A DNA stretch of 20,000 bases from an uncultured virus (IMG/VR IMGVR_UViG_3300046516_000137) (Duplodnaviria; Heunggongvirae; Uroviricota; Caudoviricetes), in IMG/VR virus record IMGVR_UViG_3300046516_000137. The stretch is one strand, 5' to 3'. Positions 14,343-20,000 of the stretch are shown here, piece after piece (within the stretch, counting starts at the first letter, position 1; each line of letters opens with the position of its first letter). A program made the translations under genes and the position numbers. The notes beneath the pieces were generated by a model. It saw nothing but the letters and a program-made list of their open reading frames with translations, searched no databases and had not been told where the DNA came from.

Positions 14343-14393
14343 CGCAAGACTAGATACACCTAGGGTTTGAGACCTTAGAGAGTCTAGTGGATG

Positions 14394-14440
14394 CTTACCT
14401 TCTACAGGGACTGGCTAACTACCTCTCTGTAGCGGGTAAG
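14394..14440 (+). other. Intergenic CUU/CGG hairpin
   Basis: CTTAC-CTT-CTACAGGGA...TCTCTGTAG-CGG-GTAAG. Confidence 0.65.
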
Positions 14441-14461
14441 GAACTACTAGTGGAGGAAAAA

Positions 14462-14815
14462 ATGGCTGTAATCGTTGATCTGAATGACCAGGAAGACAAG
14501 TCGGATGGTTTCAATTCGATTCTGTCCCTTGTCCGTGACACATGGGACGACGCTGATCCCTGGGGTTCTGGAATTGCATTTCTGTACTGTCTGGCAGACG
14601 TGGTGTATGTAGAGGATGGGGAGATTCTTCCTGATTATTCTCCCTCTCCTATGCTGAATAACCGGCAGGATCTTGAGGATGAGGACACATTCATTACCTC
14701 TGAACTTCTGTACATGTTCGATGAGGGAATAGTGTCTATTCATGACATGGTGCAGATGTATGATTTCCTTTCGGAATTGGATGACGAGTTCCGAGAAATG
14801 GGTCTGAACTACTAG
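14462..14815 (+). CDS. Highly acidic 117 aa protein, candidate DNA mimic
   Basis: GGAGG RBS; hand count of 29 D/E versus 4 K/R. Confidence 0.8.
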   Translation: MAVIVDLNDQEDKSDGFNSILSLVRDTWDDADPWGSGIAFLYCLADVVYVEDGEILPDYSPSPMLNNRQDLEDEDTFITSELLYMFDEGIVSIHDMVQMYDFLSELDDEFREMGLNY

Positions 14816-14818
14816 TTT

Positions 14819-14884
14819 GTAATTCGGTTGAATTTCCTATTAGGGATAACTAAGTAATTCCTAATAGGTTATTCGGTGAATTAC
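14819..14884 (+). other. Long intergenic imperfect hairpin
   Basis: GTAATTC..GTTGAAT..CCTATTAGG / CCTAATAGG..ATTCGGT.GAATTAC. Confidence 0.6.
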
Positions 14885-14906
14885 CGACAAAGATATGAGG
14901 AGAATT

Positions 14907-15563
14907 ATGTCTTACGAAAGTGCATCTGTCATTAGTGCTGCTGAGTATCTTGACGAGTACTGCGAATTCGGTAACTGGCGCGATAAGGTCAACCTCAAGA
15001 CTCTGCGTATGTCTAGTATGACTGACTGCATTCTGGGCCAGGTTTACGGTGACTACAACGTGGCTGAGGCTGTTCTTAATCGGGCCTCTAGTGATGACGA
15101 GTGGGACAACGTTTCGGAGGCTTTCGAGTCTTTCCAGGATGCATGGATTGAGTATCTGAAGCCTTTCCAGAAGGATTCCCTTGTCACGGGTTCTGAGTGG
15201 ATTTATCAGAACATCAATGGACAGAATCCTGTTCGGCTGCATCACACTGTCATGCTTGGAACTGTTAATTATGTAGTGTTCTCGCATGTAGGCCAGGAAA
15301 TGCAGATTCGGACTGAGGCTGCTTTCCGCAAGACTTTCAAGCCTAAGCCTGAGATTGTCTACGTTGAGGGACAGCTTTATATTGGTAAGGACAAGGCTGT
15401 GCTTATGTATGGTGCCAAGATTTACTATGGCAAGCCAGGATTCTACTACCTCAATGACACTCTCTACGGTAGCCTAGAGTACTTTGAGAAGGAGCATGGT
15501 CCTCTTAAGCCCATTGAGGCAGTGAAGAATGACGGTAAGCCTGTTATTGCCAAGATTGGTTAA
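14907..15563 (+). CDS. Hypothetical protein (218 aa; W..KVNL..L.MSS...CILGQVYGDY motif)
   Basis: GAGGAG RBS before ATG 14907. Confidence 0.85.
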   Translation: MSYESASVISAAEYLDEYCEFGNWRDKVNLKTLRMSSMTDCILGQVYGDYNVAEAVLNRASSDDEWDNVSEAFESFQDAWIEYLKPFQKDSLVTGSEWIYQNINGQNPVRLHHTVMLGTVNYVVFSHVGQEMQIRTEAAFRKTFKPKPEIVYVEGQLYIGKDKAVLMYGAKIYYGKPGFYYLNDTLYGSLEYFEKEHGPLKPIEAVKNDGKPVIAKIG

Positions 15564-15653
15564 TTGCACCTGAGTTGTCATAGGAAATCCCTTCGTTGTG
15601 CGGAGTGTGTTCCTATGATTTCTCTGGCCCAATTAATTAAAAGGAGATATGTA

Positions 15654-15839
15654 ATGGAAAAGCTCATTGTTGTTCTATTGACTCTGGTCGCCATGGTTGC
15701 ACTTGACGGATATCTCGTCATGATTGGAATGAATGCTTCCGGGCACAATATCAGTTACGAGAACGCTTGTGTAATCGGTATTGCTATCACTGGTCTCATT
15801 GGTTCCGGATCTTACAAGGGAACTACAGCCTCTAAGTAA
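15654..15839 (+). CDS. Small membrane protein (61 aa, two hydrophobic segments)
   Basis: AAGGAG RBS before ATG 15654. Confidence 0.8.
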   Translation: MEKLIVVLLTLVAMVALDGYLVMIGMNASGHNISYENACVIGIAITGLIGSGSYKGTTASK

Positions 15840-15889
15840 TTCAGCTTTAATCGTTTTCACTCTGTGAAAGCGGTTATGGTCCAGTTACT
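15835..15889 (+). other. Intergenic CUU/UGG hairpin
   Basis: AGTAATT..AG-CTT-TAATCGTTTTCAC tct GTGAAAGCGGTTA-TGG..AGTTACT. Confidence 0.75.
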
Positions 15890-15899
15890 AAGGAGAATA

Positions 15900-16301
15900 A
15901 TGTACAAGCTTACTGCTCAGGACATGGATCAACTGTGCTCCAATGGCGCGAATTGGGGAGAATGGGCACGCGTTCAGCAGGATGAGGATGGACGCTGGGA
16001 TGTCATGGGAGAGACTGGTGAGGAAATCAACTATGATTTCAAACACGCTCACTGGCTTGAGGACAATTGGGCGAATGTTGTGCTTGCCAAGATGTTTCTT
16101 GATCAGGAGGGTTACACCTATCAAGTTCTCTACGACAATGCAGACAACACTTCGGGGTGGTGGTTTGAGAGGCTGCACCACGTCTCAGAGCGCATCTCAG
16201 CCACTGCGGAGGGTCGGGTGGCACTCCTGGAACTTGCAGAGATGCTGAGGCGTCAGAACACCGGTTACGTGATTCTGACGGACTTCTCTCGCATCCGTTG
16301 A
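15900..16301 (+). CDS. Hypothetical protein (133 aa)
   Basis: AAGGAG RBS before ATG 15900. Confidence 0.85.
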   Translation: MYKLTAQDMDQLCSNGANWGEWARVQQDEDGRWDVMGETGEEINYDFKHAHWLEDNWANVVLAKMFLDQEGYTYQVLYDNADNTSGWWFERLHHVSERISATAEGRVALLELAEMLRRQNTGYVILTDFSRIR

Positions 16302-16326
16302 CAGATCACTAGGAACCAGCTAGGTT
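16298..16326 (+). promoter_or_regulatory. Sigma70/HrdB-type promoter, likely giving a leaderless mRNA
   Basis: TTGACA-17 nt-TAGGTT; ATG 16333 lies 6 nt downstream of the -10. Confidence 0.75.
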
Positions 16327-16332
16327 GGAGCT

Positions 16333-16638
16333 ATGGAAGAGATCGCAGTACGGGAGTACCGGATTTGGCTTGAGACTGGTGACCTCATGGGTTGTGCCAG
16401 TATCTATAAGCGTCGTGCATGGTGGACTGTAGAACTTGATCCGTTCTTGCATGCTGAGAAAGTCAGGACTAAGGGCTTCCGCAGTGAGTCAGAGGCTGAT
16501 AGCTTTGCACAGGAGACAGCTGAGAGGTACATGGCTGAGGCTATCGAGTGGGAAAAGAACCACTGCAAGGAAATGGGCTGTGAAGATGACCATGACTACG
16601 CAGAGGCATACAGTATTCAGATAGTTGAGGGAGAGTAG
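16333..16638 (+). CDS. Hypothetical protein (101 aa)
   Basis: ORF track; promoter-proximal start. Confidence 0.8.
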   Translation: MEEIAVREYRIWLETGDLMGCASIYKRRAWWTVELDPFLHAEKVRTKGFRSESEADSFAQETAERYMAEAIEWEKNHCKEMGCEDDHDYAEAYSIQIVEGE

Positions 16639-16640
16639 AT

Positions 16641-16778
16641 ATGCATATGATTCTGTCGCACAGGCGAATCTTCGGAATCAATTTCATTAAGATTCTGTCC
16701 GTGGAAAGGGGTGTACTATTCGCTATCTGTCCCGGATCACGTGAGGCAGCAGAGCGGTACGCACTGTCAGATAGCTAG
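16641..16778 (+). CDS. 45 aa hypothetical protein
   Basis: Manual translation; GAGGGAG RBS. Confidence 0.55.
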   Translation: MHMILSHRRIFGINFIKILSVERGVLFAICPGSREAAERYALSDS

Positions 16779-16830
16779 AAAGCTTTACTGATTCAGGGCT
16801 TGAAATCCTTGGATCGGTATGGTTTCCTAG
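16775..16830 (+). other. Intergenic CUU/UGG hairpin
   Basis: AAAG-CTT-TACTGATTCAGGG...CCTTGGATCGGTA-TGG-TTT. Confidence 0.75.
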
Positions 16831-16859
16831 ACACAGGAAACAGACCAGAGGGAGTTAAG

Positions 16860-17120
16860 ATGACTGAGCTTGAGATGATGACGCGCGTTGCTGTTCACCC
16901 GCTTGTCGTTAAGTACCGTGGAATGGTTGAGGCCTACCGTAAGCGCATGATTGAGCAGTACGGTGAGGGTTTCGATGGAGAGTGGACTGACGTGCATACT
17001 CCGGACAACCGTGGATTCACTGTCATGACTGAGGGACAGCGAGCTGAGTACAACAGTCTCCATGAGCACTGTGCGCGTGTCCGTGCCTCTGTCCGTCGTA
17101 CTCTCTTCCCCACTACCTAG
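16860..17120 (+). CDS. Hypothetical protein (86 aa)
   Basis: GAGGGAG RBS before ATG 16860. Confidence 0.8.
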   Translation: MTELEMMTRVAVHPLVVKYRGMVEAYRKRMIEQYGEGFDGEWTDVHTPDNRGFTVMTEGQRAEYNSLHEHCARVRASVRRTLFPTT

Positions 17121-17132
17121 AAAGGCATTCTG

Positions 17133-17342
17133 ATGGACTTCACTACCTTTCCCCGATCTGACTCTGCCTACTCCGTTGTCGTTAAGCGGGGAGGGACTGA
17201 GTATGTCAGCTTCGGAAGTGTCTTCAATCTGACTAAGCGTGCGGCTGGACAGCTGACCCGTTCGCTTGCTAAGGTGGACACGCGGTACAAGAGCGCAAGG
17301 GTTCTCAAGAACACTACGGTTCGAAAGGCTGGTCTGCTCTAA
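17133..17342 (+). CDS. Basic hypothetical protein (69 aa)
   Basis: GAAAGG RBS. Confidence 0.8.
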   Translation: MDFTTFPRSDSAYSVVVKRGGTEYVSFGSVFNLTKRAAGQLTRSLAKVDTRYKSARVLKNTTVRKAGLL

Positions 17343-17512
17343 TGATGCGTGGCAAGTATCAGAGTGTAAAGAAGCGCAAGGCAAAGCTTTACCGGGGTCG
17401 GCAGCACGACTTTGACAAGGAGTATCGTCAGACCGGAAGGCGACGCTTCGTGGACCCTAAGTACGTTCACAGCGATATGCGAGAGGCTGACCTGTTTGAG
17501 GTTGATCTTTAA
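17342..17512 (+). CDS. 56 aa basic hypothetical protein
   Basis: Manual translation MMRGKYQSVKKRKAKLYRG...; TAATG overlap. Confidence 0.65.
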   Translation: MMRGKYQSVKKRKAKLYRGRQHDFDKEYRQTGRRRFVDPKYVHSDMREADLFEVDL

Positions 17513-17529
17513 ATCACTGCTCTAGTGGC

Positions 17530-17558
17530 TTGACAGGGTCAGTCTGGGAAGCTAGATT
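17530..17558 (+). promoter_or_regulatory. Sigma70/HrdB-type promoter
   Basis: TTGACA-17 nt-TAGATT; followed by a 5' hairpin GGTTCCTA/TAGGAACC. Confidence 0.8.
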
Positions 17559-17609
17559 GGTCCTATCAGGTTCCTAGCTAAGTAGGAACCAAGACAGAGA
17601 GGCAAGACT

Positions 17610-18266
17610 ATGGCTGCACGCAAGGCTGTTTCTGCTCCCACGCTTGACACTGACGTTCTGGTCAAGCTCTTTCAGATCGTTGAGTCCTTTGACTCGACTC
17701 AGGAGAATCCCACAGGCACGACTGAGATTGCAGAGGAGAATGGCACGACTCCGACTGACACGTTCAATCTGTTGGGTATGCTGGCAGACGCGGAACTGAT
17801 TGACTCTGTCGGTCGTGGCCTTAACACTGAGTGGTTCATCAGTGTCCCGGATGTCTCTGCCGAGAATGCTGAGAGTGTGGCACGTGAGGCTCTGACCAAC
17901 TTCACTCCTGAGACTCCGAAGCCTGCCACTAAGGCCATTCCTAAGCCTGAGAAGGCTATCGAGTCTGTGACTGGCCTTACTCGTGAGCAGGTGGCTGAGG
18001 AGGTCAAGACTGTTCAGGTCGAGATTCCTCAGAACGCTGTTGATTTCCCGGGACTCATTTTCAATCTCAGCAGTGCACGTGAGAGTGCTACGAATGACCC
18101 TACTGGCTATGTTGTGCCCGATGAGGTTATTCTTCCGCCGCTTCCCAGTGGTGTGAATGAGAATACATGGGATCTCGCCCACAATGCTTTCAGCACCAAT
18201 GCGCGTGACACGTTCACTGCCCGACTGTTTTGGATGGAGCGGGCACGGGATCAGTTCGTTGCCTAG
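17610..18266 (+). CDS. 218 aa protein with N-terminal winged-HTH-like segment and Pro/Lys linker
   Basis: TTEIAEENGTTPTDTFNLLGMLADAELID..G...W pattern; AGAGAGG RBS. Confidence 0.7.
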   Translation: MAARKAVSAPTLDTDVLVKLFQIVESFDSTQENPTGTTEIAEENGTTPTDTFNLLGMLADAELIDSVGRGLNTEWFISVPDVSAENAESVAREALTNFTPETPKPATKAIPKPEKAIESVTGLTREQVAEEVKTVQVEIPQNAVDFPGLIFNLSSARESATNDPTGYVVPDEVILPPLPSGVNENTWDLAHNAFSTNARDTFTARLFWMERARDQFVA

Positions 18267-18314
18267 TTAGCTTTAATCGTCTATCGGAAACGGTAGTCGG
18301 TTATGGTCTACTAG
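18263..18314 (+). other. Intergenic CUU/UGG hairpin
   Basis: AG-CTT-TAATCGTCTATCG gaaa CGGTAGTCGGTTA-TGG. Confidence 0.75.
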
Positions 18315-18330
18315 TTGAAAGGCAAGACCA

Positions 18331-18546
18331 ATGGAAGATCTGTTTCTCCCCGACTTCTGGGCCGTTGTTTCCGGAAAAATGCGGAATGGACAGCGAAGGG
18401 GACAAGCCATATTCAATACGGCTTATGAAATGTTTCCTGAGGAAGTCAGATTTCTTGACGGAAGCCTGTATGACCCGTTCTATGATGACCGTAAGATTCC
18501 TGAGTTTCTGGAAAGACTGGCCGATAGGCTTACAAGGAGGAAGTAA
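18331..18546 (+). CDS. Hypothetical phage protein (R.GQA.FN...DPFYDD motif)
   Basis: GAAAGG RBS; ORF track. Confidence 0.85.
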   Translation: MEDLFLPDFWAVVSGKMRNGQRRGQAIFNTAYEMFPEEVRFLDGSLYDPFYDDRKIPEFLERLADRLTRRK

Positions 18547-18756
18547 ATGCGCTCTGGTGATGGTTTCGCTCTTGGTTTTCTCGCACTATTTCTTATCGTA
18601 ATGACTGGTCTCATTACTGGTGAGGTGACTCATGAGAATGACCAGCACACAGCATTCAAGCTGAAGTGTGGTCAGTCGAATGGAACAGTGACACAGACTC
18701 GCGACACTGATTTCTGTTTCAATGGCAATGTCCTTCTGTTCAAGATGGACTACTGA
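18547..18756 (+). CDS. Membrane-anchored protein with two-Cys C-terminal domain
   Basis: N-terminal hydrophobic helix; AGGAGG RBS. Confidence 0.8.
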   Translation: MRSGDGFALGFLALFLIVMTGLITGEVTHENDQHTAFKLKCGQSNGTVTQTRDTDFCFNGNVLLFKMDY

Positions 18757-18764
18757 GGAGAGAA

Positions 18765-19052
18765 ATGCGTAAGTGGACTTTTGGTGACTGGGTAGTATTT
18801 GCAGGATTACCTTCGTTAGTAGCAGCCTTTATTGTCCTATGTGTGTATTCGGCTATAACGGATACACATGCATTGGATAAGCAGTATAAGCAGCAACAGA
18901 AGCAAGAGCAGCAGTTCGCCAATACCTTCTATCAGCAGTGTATGAAGGCACATGGTGTCTATGATGTTGGCAGCAATGGTTACATCTGCTTTGGGGACGG
19001 TTCGATTCTATTCCAGAGCGGTTTCTCACAGGACATGAGTCCTAAGGGTTAA
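18765..19052 (+). CDS. Membrane-anchored protein with two-Cys C-terminal domain, paralog of 18547..18756
   Basis: N-terminal hydrophobic helix, Gln-rich stalk; GAGGAG RBS. Confidence 0.8.
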   Translation: MRKWTFGDWVVFAGLPSLVAAFIVLCVYSAITDTHALDKQYKQQQKQEQQFANTFYQQCMKAHGVYDVGSNGYICFGDGSILFQSGFSQDMSPKG

Positions 19053-19102
19053 AACAAAGAATCCCCTCATTACTCTTTAACCAGAGTGGTGAGGGGATTC
19101 TT
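19051..19102. terminator. Bidirectional terminator between convergent units
   Basis: AAGAATCCCCTCATTACTCT / AGAGTGGTGAGGGGATTCTT stem with flanking A tract. Confidence 0.8.
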
Positions 19103-19203
19103 GCGTGTCGGGACGGAAGCTCTGAGAGGCTGTGTACGGCTGTGGGATATCAGGGTCAGTCTCCTTGTCCAGTGAGGTGACGAGAGGCTGTGAGAGGTGC
19201 CTT

Positions 19204-19368
19204 CTAGCCCTTTCCTGCCCCATGGTTGAACTCATGGGTGTGTATGGCTATCGCTTGGATCTGCTTACGGGCAGTCTCCTTGCTCTGAGGATGCTTACTG
19301 AATGTCTTGTCGGTTCCTTTATGGGCCGCGACATATCCACCCTTTACTTTTCTGACTTCATAGGGCAT
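19204..19368 (-). CDS. 54 aa basic hypothetical protein (MPYEVRKVKGGY...)
   Basis: GAAAGGA RBS before ATG 19368. Confidence 0.75.
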   Translation of the reverse strand: MPYEVRKVKGGYVAAHKGTDKTFSKHPQSKETARKQIQAIAIHTHEFNHGAGKG

Positions 19369-19373
19369 TCGGA

Positions 19374-19562
19374 CTATCCTTTCTGACAAGTGGCTGTTGA
19401 ACCCGTTGTAGGGCTCTGTGAGACGCTGTTAGAGGTCGGTTGGGGTGTTGTGTCCAACTGGCCACGAAAGGCACTCACAGACAGCGTTATGGCCACTGCT
19501 GCGACTATGGAGAGACCAGCGCTAGTGCATGTGCGCTTGTCCCAAATACGTTGAGGGGGCAT
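19374..19562 (-). CDS. 62 aa membrane-anchored protein with Ser/Thr/Pro-rich tail
   Basis: AGGAGA RBS; hydrophobic AGLSIVAAVAITLSVSAF. Confidence 0.7.
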   Translation of the reverse strand: MPPQRIWDKRTCTSAGLSIVAAVAITLSVSAFRGQLDTTPQPTSNSVSQSPTTGSTATCQKG

Positions 19563-19577
19563 TTAAATTCTCCTGTA

Positions 19578-19631
19578 AACGACAATAAGGCTACTCACCA
19601 TTTTACTCTGGTGAATAGCCTTACCGTTATA
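19578..19631 (-). other. Long intergenic hairpin (~20 bp)
   Basis: Minus strand ACGGTAAGGCTATTCACCA / TGGTGAGTAGCCTTATTGT with G-U pairs. Confidence 0.65.
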
Positions 19632-19636
19632 TTGAG

Positions 19637-19846
19637 TTACATATAGTCGATTTCGTCAAAAGTGATAGTGACCTTCTCGCCTGCCGCATAGGTACGGTAC
19701 CGATTGGTGTCGTCAAGCACATTGATTGCGCCCCACTGGTCAGGCTCATAGGAGTCAGAGTGGGCAGTGTATGTTCCCTTGGAATCCTGCACAGTGTCAC
19801 CCTTGCGAATCTCAGTGGGAGACTGACCAGTATACGTGGAAAGCAT
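19637..19846 (-). CDS. 69 aa hypothetical beta-rich protein
   Basis: GAAAGG RBS; ORF track. Confidence 0.75.
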   Translation of the reverse strand: MLSTYTGQSPTEIRKGDTVQDSKGTYTAHSDSYEPDQWGAINVLDDTNRYRTYAAGEKVTITFDEIDYM

Positions 19847-19869
19847 TGTAAAACCTTTCGTAATCGAGA

Positions 19870-19936
19870 CCAGCCACTCAGCTAGCCATAACCACCTAAG
19901 GTTTCCCTCAGATGATTAAAGCTATCTGAATACTAG
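19870..19936 (-). other. Intergenic CUU/UGG hairpin on the minus-strand transcript
   Basis: Minus strand TAG-CTT-TAATCATCTGAGG gaaa CCTTAGGTGGTTA-TGG-CTA. Confidence 0.75.
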
Positions 19937-19942
19937 CTGAAC

Positions 19943-20000
19943 ATGTACCAAGTGCCATTGAGATAAGTCACGGACATTCCCTCATTCGCACTTGGTACAT
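19943..20000. repeat. Perfect 13 bp inverted repeat (may extend beyond the window)
   Basis: ATGTACCAAGTGC ... GCACTTGGTACAT. Confidence 0.7.

Noticed and set aside
16800..16830. TTGAAA as a promoter -35 and TTG as a start codon
   Set aside because: No -10 at 17 nt spacing; it lies in the loop of a CUU/UGG hairpin, and ATG 16860 has a good RBS.
15835..18314. AGCTTTAATCG...CGGTTATGG repeats as twister ribozymes or CRISPR repeats
   Set aside because: They lack the twister pseudoknot elements, are dispersed single hairpins rather than regularly spaced repeats, and no cas genes are present.

Overview
A 20 kb segment of a large lytic actinobacteriophage, most likely a Streptomyces phage. This is inferred from the tRNA array, TTGAC-N17-TAGNNT promoters, apparent leaderless starts, DasR-like boxes and an Rv2179c-type RNase. 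Left (1-2100, minus strand): eight tRNA genes (Gln x2, Gly, Met x2, Phe, Pro x2) behind a strong sigma70-type promoter, small ORFs and a ribbon-helix-helix protein. 2150-2560: AT-rich, repeat-containing divergent intergenic region (possible origin). 2638-6111 (+): operon with an HNH endonuclease, a HAD phosphatase, a DEDDh 3'-5' exoribonuclease and several tiny paralogous proteins. 6160-7370: about 1.2 kb non-coding, with tandem DasR-like boxes and a highly structured ~350 nt leader. 7374-19052 (+): early/host-takeover-like run of about 40 small unknown genes, then a convergent minus-strand unit. The main finding is at the RNA level. A type II hammerhead ribozyme (7801-7872) sits between two early genes, and at least nine other gene junctions carry long covarying hairpins with a conserved CUU/YGG-type internal motif. 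Together these suggest a system that cuts the polycistronic early transcript into separate mRNAs. All protein family calls come from motif recognition by eye, not database searches.
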